Below are positions 7,278-16,898 of a stretch of 55,689 nucleotides of DNA, piece after piece. The DNA lies in assembly GCA_964610025.1 (NCBI GenBank), contig CAZSTX010000005.1:1-55689 (forward strand), read 5' to 3'. The notes under the pieces are model-generated. The model was given only the letters and a program-made list of their open reading frames with translations, was not told where the DNA came from and did no database searches. The number at the start of each line of letters is the position of its first letter. The stretch's first letter is position 1. The position numbers and the translations under genes are program-made. The stretch comes from an uncultured Lentimicrobiaceae bacterium (lineage in GTDB: Bacteria; Bacteroidota; Bacteroidia; Bacteroidales; WCHB1-69).

Positions 7278-7703
7278 CTATTTTAACTTATCGCCCGAAT
7301 AAGTAATTATTTTCAAATCCATTATGTCGTACAACTTATAAGAAAGATACATATCTAAATGCTTTTTTGAAAAAGTCAGTTTACAATTAGCTTTTTCGAT
7401 TTGATCACTTGACACAGAAGGATAAATTATTTGTATAATCGTAGATAGCTGGATTCCTGTAATTTCATATTCATTTTCTGTTTTTTTCGTCAATGGCATT
7501 CCGTCCATATAAAGCGATGTTTCGTCTAATGGACCATTGGTAATTAGTATTTTTATATTATCTTTTTTCAAAGATGAATTTTCTACACTTGAAGCCAATG
7601 TTCCTTGGTAAGTACCTGCATATTCATTGGATACTAATTTTTCACAATTGGTAAACAACCCAACAATTGCTAAAACTGTCAAAACTGAAATAATTCTTTT
7701 CAT
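7278..7703 (-). CDS. Hypothetical lipoprotein
   Basis: Basic N-terminus, hydrophobic stretch and GLFTN-C lipobox. 141 aa. Confidence 0.7.
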   Translation of the reverse strand: MKRIISVLTVLAIVGLFTNCEKLVSNEYAGTYQGTLASSVENSSLKKDNIKILITNGPLDETSLYMDGMPLTKKTENEYEITGIQLSTIIQIIYPSVSSDQIEKANCKLTFSKKHLDMYLSYKLYDIMDLKIITYSGDKLK

Positions 7704-7786
7704 ATTAATAATATTTTTATAAGTTTTTGAATGATTGTAACAGTAACAAAAATAAACATAAAAAGTTTAATATTTATTTTAAATAT

Positions 7787-9388
7787 TTATTTTTCTTGCT
7801 TATAATGTATAATAGGCATTAGAAAAAGAAAAAACGCATTAAAAAAAGCAAAGAAAGTTACGCCATCTTGTCTTTCAAATGTATCATCTATTAGCATAGC
7901 AATAAACATAATAATTAGAAAAGCTAAAAAGAGATTATTTTTATACTTGCGAGTAATGATAATGGGATATAAAAAAGAAATCATTATAATGGCAAATCCT
8001 ATGATTCCAAACTGTATTAGAAAAAATAGATATTGATTATGGCTTAATTTATTTGAATCCTTAAGCGATGAGTTGCTTAGTTGCAGTTGCTGTGTAAAAT
8101 CATCTTTTGCATCTCCACTACCCACTCCTACCCAAGGATGTTTTAAAAAGAGATAATATGCATTTTTCCATAATTCAAAGCGTTGTGGCAAAGTGTATCC
8201 ATATACTTTATTATTTTTATTGTAATCGCTCATCTCCCATAGAAAACTGTATAAACGTGCCTTAAATCCAAAATGATTAAGATAAACAACATTAGCTATT
8301 CCGTTTTCAACATATCGAATATCTTCTGCTGATAATTTTCTGATTCCCTCTCTATCTTTTCTTAATCCTTTTGAGTTTAAATATCTTATTAAGGTTGATT
8401 TTATTGTATGCTTCCCATTGATAGTAGCATTATCAAAGTCGATACTACTTCTTTGATTCCATTCGTTTCTTAATTCTTCTTCACAAACATAAGAAAAAAC
8501 ATAACTCCCATTTTCAATTAAACTTTGTTCGATTTTATGGGTGTATACATTCCCTTCAACAGTATATTTATCTGCTTTTGTTGCTATAAAATCTACGGTA
8601 TAATATTGCTTTATTAAAATAGAAATATAAACAACAAAACCAGTTAGAAAAATGAAAAACAAGGAAAATAATGTTATTTTATAAGATTTATTTTTAATTT
8701 CAAGCATTTTTTTCAAAGTAAAAAATAAAGCTAAAAAAATCAATATACTAATAGCTGTTAATGCACCTATATAAAAAACGAGCAAGCATAGCCATATTAT
8801 ACATATTGCAAGTAAATACTTTAGATATTTTTTTTCTTCTTTTTTTAAAATTAAATAAATTGCTGTGGCAATACCAAAACAAAGATTCATTTCAAAGCGA
8901 ATGTAAGAAATGAAAACAGCTATTTCGCGTTTGTCAATCAAAGAGTTATTAAGTTGAAAAACAATAGTTCCATAAACAGAACTGATAAGCACCCCAATAA
9001 GATATATCTTCAATAGTTTGTTTATTTCGACATTGGTCAATGGTGTAGACGATGCGAAAATAATTGGCATAAACAACAAAGGCGTTTTCATCCAAACGTC
9101 TTTCCATGCTTGTTGATAATTATCGGTTAGAAAAAACCAAAGTATATAAACACTAAACAAAGCAAGTGTAAAGAATAAAGCCTTATTCTTTTTTATACGT
9201 TCCCATTTTTCTAAAAATTTCCCTTCTAAGAACCAATTTGCCACTAATACTCCGCCACCAATACTCATAAAAGGACGACAAAAAGGAATGCCTATAAGCA
9301 AAAGGATAATAGCTACAAAAAATACAAAACGATGAAATATCGCTTTGTAATATAAAAAGTTTGCTTTAAAGTTGTTATTTTCCGTCAT
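7787..9388 (-). CDS. O-antigen ligase (Wzy_C/WaaL) family membrane protein
   Basis: Multiple TM segments, a large periplasmic loop, RFELWK...GVGSG and the SHNQYL motif. Confidence 0.8.
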   Translation of the reverse strand: MTENNNFKANFLYYKAIFHRFVFFVAIILLLIGIPFCRPFMSIGGGVLVANWFLEGKFLEKWERIKKNKALFFTLALFSVYILWFFLTDNYQQAWKDVWMKTPLLFMPIIFASSTPLTNVEINKLLKIYLIGVLISSVYGTIVFQLNNSLIDKREIAVFISYIRFEMNLCFGIATAIYLILKKEEKKYLKYLLAICIIWLCLLVFYIGALTAISILIFLALFFTLKKMLEIKNKSYKITLFSLFFIFLTGFVVYISILIKQYYTVDFIATKADKYTVEGNVYTHKIEQSLIENGSYVFSYVCEEELRNEWNQRSSIDFDNATINGKHTIKSTLIRYLNSKGLRKDREGIRKLSAEDIRYVENGIANVVYLNHFGFKARLYSFLWEMSDYNKNNKVYGYTLPQRFELWKNAYYLFLKHPWVGVGSGDAKDDFTQQLQLSNSSLKDSNKLSHNQYLFFLIQFGIIGFAIIMISFLYPIIITRKYKNNLFLAFLIIMFIAMLIDDTFERQDGVTFFAFFNAFFLFLMPIIHYKQEK

Positions 9389-11036
9389 TTTTTCGCAAAA
9401 CTCGTATATACTGCTCTTTATCTTCTATAATTTCTCTTGCTTTTTTAATCTCTGTATCCATCAATAGCGCTGCTTCTGCTCTGCCTTTTTGATAGTAATA
9501 ACGAGACACTATTTCTATATATAACAACTCTTTAATTTCTTTTTTAAATCGTTGTAAATCATTTGTTTTTTCTCTCATTATTGTTTCTTTCAATTTGTCT
9601 ATTTCTTTTGTAACATCAGGGGAAAATTTATCTTCTTCTACGCTTTTTTCTAAAATCGCCAATTGTTTTTCGCTATATGTTTCATAACTTACGTTTTGAG
9701 ATGCAAAATATTTCAAAAAATCGTCGTACATAGCATCTGTGAAAACAAAATTTTTAACCGCAGGAATATGATTATTTCTAAACTTAAATTCATTTGCATA
9801 GTTAAATATAATTCTATTTTCTAACATCGTTAATAAAACAGTACTGTAAATATCTGACGCTATCAAAATATCGGGTTCTACTCCACCATAATCATAAACA
9901 ACTCTTCCATTTTTTGTCTTAAATGCTACAGCATTAGAATCTGCTTTTAGTTTAGAATGGCCGCTATCGTCTCTATCAGAATAATCATATTTCTGAATAC
10001 ATCGTCCTGATGGAATATAATATTTCGATACTGTTACTTTTAATTTTGTATTATAGCTTAAAGGTAAAATATTCTGTACTAAACCCTTGCCAAACGTACG
10101 TCTTCCAATCACCAAACCTCTATCTAAATCTTGAATGGCACCAGCTACAATTTCTGAAGCAGAAGCGCTTGTTTCATCTACAAGAATAACCAATGGTATA
10201 TTGACATCGATTGGTTCGCTACGTGTATAATAAAACTGATTTCTATCTTGCAATTTTCCTTTAGTACTTACAACAAGTTCATTCTTAGGCACGAATAAAT
10301 TAACCAATTCAACAGCTTCGTTTAATAGCCCACCACCATTTCCTCTTAAATCAATGATTAAAGCTGTTATATTTTGAGATTTAAGTTGCAAAAATGCGTT
10401 TTTAACATCCATAGCCGCATTTTCCATAAATTGCGACAAGCGGATATAAGCTATATCGTTATTTATTTTAGCAAAATAAGAAACATTCGGAAGTTTAATT
10501 TCTTCTCTAATAATATTTTTAATAGTGCTTGTTTTTTTTCCATAAGGCATTATTTCTAATTTAACAGAAGTGCCAGGCTGCCCTTTTAAAATAGCACTGA
10601 CATCAGCAACTGTTTTCCCTTTTGCACTTTGACCATTAACGCTGATTATTTTATCACCAGCCTGTAAGCCAGCATTTAAAGCAGGAGACCCTTCATAAGG
10701 TTCAGCTATTGTTACATAATCGTCTGCTTGTTGAATAATAGCTCCTATTCCACCGTAATGCCCAGTAGTTAATAATTTGAACTCTTCCATTTGCGACTCG
10801 GGATAATAAATAGTATAAGGATCTAAATTGTTGAGCATTGCATTGATAGACACTTCTACTAAATCGTTAGGGTTAATATCGTCTACATAATTTTCATTCA
10901 ATTGCTTTAAAAGTGTGGCGTAAATATCTAAATTTTTAGCTATTTCGAAATCATTACGCACAAAACTTAATGTAATAGATATAATTAACGTAATGCTAAC
11001 TATTACTATAATGCTAATCTTTTTTTTATTTTTCAT
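9375..11036 (-). CDS. S41 family C-terminal processing peptidase
   Basis: LDPY, PDZ domain, DLRGNGGG, SASASEIV, GKGLVQ. Confidence 0.93.
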   Translation of the reverse strand: MKNKKKISIIVIVSITLIISITLSFVRNDFEIAKNLDIYATLLKQLNENYVDDINPNDLVEVSINAMLNNLDPYTIYYPESQMEEFKLLTTGHYGGIGAIIQQADDYVTIAEPYEGSPALNAGLQAGDKIISVNGQSAKGKTVADVSAILKGQPGTSVKLEIMPYGKKTSTIKNIIREEIKLPNVSYFAKINNDIAYIRLSQFMENAAMDVKNAFLQLKSQNITALIIDLRGNGGGLLNEAVELVNLFVPKNELVVSTKGKLQDRNQFYYTRSEPIDVNIPLVILVDETSASASEIVAGAIQDLDRGLVIGRRTFGKGLVQNILPLSYNTKLKVTVSKYYIPSGRCIQKYDYSDRDDSGHSKLKADSNAVAFKTKNGRVVYDYGGVEPDILIASDIYSTVLLTMLENRIIFNYANEFKFRNNHIPAVKNFVFTDAMYDDFLKYFASQNVSYETYSEKQLAILEKSVEEDKFSPDVTKEIDKLKETIMREKTNDLQRFKKEIKELLYIEIVSRYYYQKGRAEAALLMDTEIKKAREIIEDKEQYIRVLRKNDGK

Positions 11037-11099
11037 GTAAATAATTTTAAGAAAAAACGAAATATTAATATTTTTATTGCTGCTATTAAATGCTTAAAT

Positions 11100-11717
11100 T
11101 TAAGAAAAAGCATCTATTATGTTTAAGAAAAAATGAATAATTAATTTATAATCAAATATCAAAGCAAAAAAGAATCCGTAAATTGCTCCATAAAAATGAG
11201 CATTATGTCCTATATTATCAACATTTCTCCTTGACATATAGGCAGAATATGCCAAAAACAATATGCCAAAAATAAATGCCGGTATGCCGATTGGAATAAA
11301 AAAAAGATATATTTTCTGCATAGGATAGACTAAAATAGCAGCAAAAACCACTGCCGAAGTAGCTCCTGAAGCTCCTACTGCATGGTAATTATAGTTGTCT
11401 TTATGTTGCTTTAAATCAAACATTGTAGCAATAATAATAGAAGAAATATACAGTAGTGCATACATAAAATAACCTTTGCTATTAAACAAATAAACATAAG
11501 TCTTTTCTAACATGTTTCCAAACATCCACAATACAAACATATTAACAAACAAATGCAACCAGTTAGCATGAATAAAGCCATACGATAAAATGCGATACCA
11601 TTGGTGCCGATGCGCTACTGCATAAGCATTAAAAGACAAAGCATAAAATAAATCTTTTCTATTAAAAGCAATAATAGAAATAAACACAGTAATTAAAATG
11701 ATAGTTACATTAATCAT
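11100..11717 (-). CDS. Rhomboid family intramembrane serine protease
   Basis: GFIHANWLHLFVNM, GASGA (catalytic Ser), AHFYGA (catalytic His). TACTTTTG box at 11742-11749 (-). Confidence 0.92.
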   Translation of the reverse strand: MINVTIILITVFISIIAFNRKDLFYALSFNAYAVAHRHQWYRILSYGFIHANWLHLFVNMFVLWMFGNMLEKTYVYLFNSKGYFMYALLYISSIIIATMFDLKQHKDNYNYHAVGASGATSAVVFAAILVYPMQKIYLFFIPIGIPAFIFGILFLAYSAYMSRRNVDNIGHNAHFYGAIYGFFFALIFDYKLIIHFFLNIIDAFS

Positions 11718-11770
11718 CTTTTTTATAAAAAAATAAGATTACAAAAGTATATAAATATCTAAAGTAATAT

Positions 11771-11828
11771 AAAAAAACGTTTCACTTCGAGCTAGTCCAT
11801 CTTATCCTACCAAGGAATCAAACGTTTT
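11771..11828 (-). ncRNA. Candidate ~58-nt small structured RNA (unit A)
   Basis: Own TACTTTTG box (11836-11843, minus), 9-bp closing stem AAAACGUUU/AAACGUUUU, GC-richer core with a UCCU-UGGU-AGGA hairpin, and a terminal U run. Confidence 0.55.
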
Positions 11829-12026
11829 AATGTTGCAAAAGTAATAAAACAAACAATATATATGCTCTCTAAAATAAGAAAACCAACATTGCAATTGTGT
11901 TTAACAACTGTTACGAACTTTTCGGCACATCAAACTGCAAAAACAGATACGTTAAAATAATAATGGATAAAATGAGAATAGAGACTATTGTTGAGGAACT
12001 TAAAAAAACATAATAAATTATGGCTT

Positions 12027-12069
12027 TAGAAAACACGAGCTTGAAAACTCTCACCCTTTCGGTTTTCTA
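12027..12069 (-). ncRNA. Candidate ~43-nt structured element (unit C)
   Basis: 8-bp closing stem UAGAAAAC/GUUUUCUA, CC-GAAA-GG tetraloop and GAGUU-UUCA-AGCUC hairpin. Near-consensus TGCATTTG box at 12077-12084. No U tract. Confidence 0.3.
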
Positions 12070-12093
12070 TAATGCACAAATGCAATTATATAT

Positions 12094-12153
12094 AAAAAAA
12101 GGAATAATCCATTTCCATACCCAACAGGGGTAGGCTGTTATTATTCCTTTTTT
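12094..12153 (-). ncRNA. Candidate ~60-nt small structured RNA (unit B)
   Basis: TATTTTTG box (12160-12167, minus), 14-bp perfect closing stem AAAAAAGGAAUAAU/AUUAUUCCUUUUUU, and a GC-rich core with a CCUACCC-CUGUU-GGGUAUGG hairpin. Confidence 0.5.
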
Positions 12154-12365
12154 ATAATGCAAAAATAAAATAAATTTTAATACAAACTTAAAAAGTAAAA
12201 CAAACAACAAAACAAAAAGTAATATCTTGAATATCAAAATACTAAGAATTTTCATATAAAATTAACTCAATTTTTAGTTAAAACAACATTATATTTTTAT
12301 ACTTTTGTAACCTATTTTTTATATAGATTATATAACATTTTTTAATAAAATTAATTAAAACATAA

Positions 12366-14825
12366 ATGATTAAAAGTATTTATAACAGCAAGAAAAACAG
12401 GACAAAAAACAATAGGAACACTGCAATAAAGCAAATATTATTCATTTTATTCGTAACTATTAGTTTTAATTTATTAGGACAGCAAGTGCATAATTTAAAT
12501 AACAATAGCAAGCAAATGGAAGCATATCTCAACTCATTAGATGCTATGCCACAACATGATTTATCAGAAGGAGTAATAAACATTCGCTCTTTTGAAATCA
12601 ATCCTAATTTGCAAAATGCAAGAAAAATATCTACGGGAGATACTATTGTATTGCAATTATTTAAAGATAAAAACTACCAAGCAATAGTTCATGCTAACTA
12701 TACTGATATAAATGGTAATTTTACTATCATTTTAAAATTATCAGACTATCCTATGGCTAGCGGCTTTATTACAACAAGTCGCAAAGAAAAATCACTTTTT
12801 TCAATATCCATACCCGAATTAAATCAAGAGTTTATAAGTAAAGGAAACGTTTTCTCTCCAATTGATTTTTTAATTGAAATAGAAAACACTATCGATACTA
12901 ACTTAAAAAACGATTATTTAGAAATACCAAAAGAAATTCCAGCAATAGAACTCAAAGAAGATGAAGGCTATATAATAGAAAAAGATTTACTCCCAGATAC
13001 CGAAGCAGACGGATACCCATGTGAAAAAGACCCTAATTTAAAAGGCAGCGATCCTGCTACAATAGACCTATTAATAGTTTATACACCAGCTGCTAAACTA
13101 TGGGCTGATACCAATACAAATGGTATAGAAAATGCCATTGCTGGTGCAATGGCAAAAACAGCAGAAGTGGTAAATAACCAAAAAAATGGAGATAGTATCG
13201 TATTAGTACATTCAGCATTAGTAAATTACGTAGAAGATGGCAGCGACCAAATGAGCACAGATTTAAACAGATTAATGAATACAGCAGACGGTTATATGGA
13301 TGAGATACATCAATGGAGAAAAGAATATAATGCCGACATTGTATCTCTTTTTGAGTTTTATCCGGCTACAGTTGGTGGACTGGGATATGTATTGACAGAT
13401 ACAAACAAAGGAAGACATGAATATGCTTTCAATGTATGCCGAATACAACAAGCTTATAACGACTACACTTTAATACACGAAATGGGGCATAATATGGGCA
13501 TGAGACACGACAGAGAGAACAATTCGGGCGAGCCACTTTATCCTTATGCACTCGGTTGGCGTTGGAAAGGTAATAGCGGCACAACATGGCGTTCGGTAAT
13601 GGCTTATGCTCCTGGCAATAGAACACCTTATTTTTCAAATCCAAATCAACTTCACGATGGTGTGCCTACAGGTAACGACACCTCCAACAACGCACGTGTT
13701 TTTAGAAACACCAAACATACAGTTGCTTTTTATAGCGATATATTAAATAATTTACCTCAAGCACCAAAAAATGTAATCGTTTCAAATTTAGGAAACAATG
13801 GAGCTACTTTTAGTTGGGATAGCAACGTAAATGCTGCCGGCTATAGAGTTTATACATATTTGGGAAGTGGTTATGTTTTCTGGAGTACAACCAACGCCTC
13901 ATACACAGTCTATTCCCCAACTTACTTTAACCCTTGCAATACGTATCAAGTAATAATTGCAACTGTCAACAATTGCGGAGATGTAACGCGAGGCGAAACT
14001 ATTACATTTTCGACCAAATGCCCCAACGACCCCACAGTTACTACTTTGCCTGCTACTGATATAAGTGTCAATTCGGCAGTACTTAACAAAACGACAAGCA
14101 ACAATGGAGATGCTATCTTATCCGAAGGGTTTTATTACAAAGAATTAAATGCCGACACTTGGCAAAATAGTGCCGATGGTAATCTATCTGGATTAATTGA
14201 AAGCGAAAAATACAAATATTACGCTTATGCAACAACAGCAAAAGCAACATACAATGGAAATGTATTAACATTTATTACCTCGTCATCTGGACCTTGCGAT
14301 AAACCTAACAACTTAAATGCTCCACAAGAATACATCACTGAACAGTCAGCACTCATTAATTGGAATGGCACTACTGCCGAATATATATTAGAATATAAAG
14401 AAACAAAAAATACTCAATGGACAATTTACACTCCTAATCCCACTACAACAAGTCTTACGCTCTCCTCTCTTTCAGATGATACAGAATACAATGTGCGTCT
14501 AAAAGCCATTTGTGGCAGCTACAACTTAAGCGAATACAGCGACACCATCACTTTTAAAACAATCAAAGACAGTTCGCCTATTGCTTCAAATTCAAAAAAA
14601 AACAACTCATTATACATTTATCCTAATCCCTTCAGTAATGAAATTTTTATTAAATCAGATATAACAATAAACAAAATTGAATTATATAGTATTTTTGGCA
14701 GCCTATTGTTTACTGAAAATAACTTCAATAAAAAAATAACTATTCCCGACCTCAGTGCTAGTATTTATATTCTAAAAATTCACACCGAAAATGGGATAAA
14801 AACTCATAAAATTATAAAAGAATAA
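12366..14825 (+). CDS. Secreted reprolysin-like (M12B) zinc metallopeptidase with FN3 domains and T9SS C-terminal sorting domain
   Basis: HEMGHNMGMRH (HExxHxxGxxH), Met-turn SVMAY, FN3-like repeats, and CTD IYPNPF...IYILKI...HKIIKE. TACTTTTG box at 12300-12307. Confidence 0.88.
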   Translation: MIKSIYNSKKNRTKNNRNTAIKQILFILFVTISFNLLGQQVHNLNNNSKQMEAYLNSLDAMPQHDLSEGVINIRSFEINPNLQNARKISTGDTIVLQLFKDKNYQAIVHANYTDINGNFTIILKLSDYPMASGFITTSRKEKSLFSISIPELNQEFISKGNVFSPIDFLIEIENTIDTNLKNDYLEIPKEIPAIELKEDEGYIIEKDLLPDTEADGYPCEKDPNLKGSDPATIDLLIVYTPAAKLWADTNTNGIENAIAGAMAKTAEVVNNQKNGDSIVLVHSALVNYVEDGSDQMSTDLNRLMNTADGYMDEIHQWRKEYNADIVSLFEFYPATVGGLGYVLTDTNKGRHEYAFNVCRIQQAYNDYTLIHEMGHNMGMRHDRENNSGEPLYPYALGWRWKGNSGTTWRSVMAYAPGNRTPYFSNPNQLHDGVPTGNDTSNNARVFRNTKHTVAFYSDILNNLPQAPKNVIVSNLGNNGATFSWDSNVNAAGYRVYTYLGSGYVFWSTTNASYTVYSPTYFNPCNTYQVIIATVNNCGDVTRGETITFSTKCPNDPTVTTLPATDISVNSAVLNKTTSNNGDAILSEGFYYKELNADTWQNSADGNLSGLIESEKYKYYAYATTAKATYNGNVLTFITSSSGPCDKPNNLNAPQEYITEQSALINWNGTTAEYILEYKETKNTQWTIYTPNPTTTSLTLSSLSDDTEYNVRLKAICGSYNLSEYSDTITFKTIKDSSPIASNSKKNNSLYIYPNPFSNEIFIKSDITINKIELYSIFGSLLFTENNFNKKITIPDLSASIYILKIHTENGIKTHKIIKE

Positions 14826-15026
14826 AATAAAAAGAATATTATCAATTCTAATACTATTTAGAATCAAAAAAATCTAATTTATTAGCTACTTTTACTTTAA
14901 GACAATCACAATTAAAGATAAGTGTTTAATATTCAATCTTTAAATTTTATATTGAAAATTAAAAACATACGTTTTAATTTGCTATTTTTGCAATTACTTA
15001 ATTTTAATAATTACTAAATAAATATA

Positions 15027-16235
15027 ATGAATATGGAAATATTAGCCAACAGAGTATTGCAAATGTCAGAATCAGAAACCTTAGCTATGACAAGAATAGC
15101 AAGAGAACTCAAAGCGCAAGGTAAAGATGTTATCAGTTTAAGCATAGGTGAACCAGATTTTAACACACCTGAAATTATTAAAGAATCGGGAAAAAAAGCT
15201 ATCGATGATAATTATACGCATTATCCCCCTGTACCAGGATATGCTGACTTAAGAGATGCTATCAGTAAAAAATTTAAAAGAGATAATAATTTAGATTATA
15301 AACCTGAACAAATAGTTGTCTCAACAGGAGCTAAACAATCTATTTTTCAAACCGTTATGACATTAGTCAACCCTGGTGACGAAGTCATTATTCCAGCACC
15401 CTACTGGGTATCGTATAAAGAAATTGTGAAAGTAGCTGAAGCAAAAACTATTTTTATAAAAACTACTTTAGAAAATAATTTTAAAGTAACAGCAAAACAA
15501 TTAGAAGAATACATTACTCCTAAAACAAAACTTATCATGTTTAGCAGCCCATCTAATCCCACTGGCATGCTTTATACAAAAGAAGAGTTAAAACAGATAG
15601 CCGATGTATTAGCTAAAAATCCTCACGTATTTGTCATGGCTGACGAAATCTATGAGCATATTAATTTTGAAGGAAAACATGAAAGTATTGCTCAATTTGA
15701 TTATATCAAAGACCAAATTATTACAGTAAACGGAGTTGCAAAAGGTTTTGCTATGACAGGATGGCGTATTGGATTTATAGGCGCTCCTTTACAAATAGCC
15801 AAAGCTTGCGATAAACTGCAAGGACAAGTAACATCAGCCACCTGTTCCATTGCTCAACGTGCTACAATAACAGCCATGGGATTAGACCCTTCTAATAGTA
15901 AAGATATTATTACAATGCGTAATAAATTTCTCGAACGCAGAGATTTAATGTACAAATTATTAAAAGAAATACCCGATATAAAAGTCATACTTCCACAGGG
16001 AGCTTTTTATTTCTTTCCAGAAGTAAATGCATACTATGGCAAATCTTATGATAAATATACTATCAACGACAGCAACGATTTAGCCATGTATTTATTGTAT
16101 GAAGCTAATGTTGCATTGGTTCCAGGAGCCGCTTTCGGCGATGACAATTGCATACGCTTTTCATATGCCACCTCCAACGAATTGCTTATTGAAGCAGTAC
16201 GTCGTATCAAAGAAGCTTTATTAAAATTAAAATAA
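15027..16235 (+). CDS. PLP-dependent class I/II aminotransferase (aspartate aminotransferase-like)
   Basis: GEPDF, SPSNPTG, DEIYE, GVAKGFAMTGWRIG. Confidence 0.93.
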   Translation: MNMEILANRVLQMSESETLAMTRIARELKAQGKDVISLSIGEPDFNTPEIIKESGKKAIDDNYTHYPPVPGYADLRDAISKKFKRDNNLDYKPEQIVVSTGAKQSIFQTVMTLVNPGDEVIIPAPYWVSYKEIVKVAEAKTIFIKTTLENNFKVTAKQLEEYITPKTKLIMFSSPSNPTGMLYTKEELKQIADVLAKNPHVFVMADEIYEHINFEGKHESIAQFDYIKDQIITVNGVAKGFAMTGWRIGFIGAPLQIAKACDKLQGQVTSATCSIAQRATITAMGLDPSNSKDIITMRNKFLERRDLMYKLLKEIPDIKVILPQGAFYFFPEVNAYYGKSYDKYTINDSNDLAMYLLYEANVALVPGAAFGDDNCIRFSYATSNELLIEAVRRIKEALLKLK

Positions 16236-16255
16236 TTTTTTTTATATCAACTTCT

Positions 16256-16831
16256 ATGCAATTGATATTTGCTACGCACAACCAACATAAACTTCAAGAA
16301 ATACAATCTGTATTAAATAATTCTTTTCAATTATTATCTCTTGCAGATATTGGCGTGCATGAAAATATACCCGAAACAGCTAATAATATTAGCGAAAATG
16401 CTTTATTAAAAGCTCGTTATATCTACAACCTATATCGTCAGCCTTGCTTTGCTGACGATACAGGTTTAGAAATAGAAGCAATCAATGGCAGACCAGGTGT
16501 TTATTCTGCTCGCTATGCCGGCAAAAACTGCAACTTCGACGATAACATAAACAAAGTTTTAAACGAAATGCTCAGTATTTCGAACCGTAAGGCTTGTTTT
16601 AGGACTGTAATAGCACTAATTATAAATGCTAAAGAGTATAGTTTTGAAGGTAAAATTGAAGGCGAAATTTTAGTAAGTAGAAAAGGGAAACAAGGTTTTG
16701 GATATGACCCCATTTTTCGACCAAAAGGCTATAATAAAAGTTTTGCCGAAATGGAAATAATAGAAAAAAATCGTATTAGTCATAGAGGAATAGCTGTCAA
16801 TAAACTTATTACATTTTTAAATACGATTTAA
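16256..16831 (+). CDS. rdgB: Non-canonical purine NTP pyrophosphatase (RdgB/HAM1)
   Basis: FATHNQHK, ADDTGL, PGVYSARY, GFGYDPIF, SHRG. Confidence 0.95.
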   Translation: MQLIFATHNQHKLQEIQSVLNNSFQLLSLADIGVHENIPETANNISENALLKARYIYNLYRQPCFADDTGLEIEAINGRPGVYSARYAGKNCNFDDNINKVLNEMLSISNRKACFRTVIALIINAKEYSFEGKIEGEILVSRKGKQGFGYDPIFRPKGYNKSFAEMEIIEKNRISHRGIAVNKLITFLNTI

Positions 16832-16898
16832 AACTTATTATAAAAACATATCCTATTTTGATATATTTATTGCAATAATTATTCAATAGTAGAAAAAT

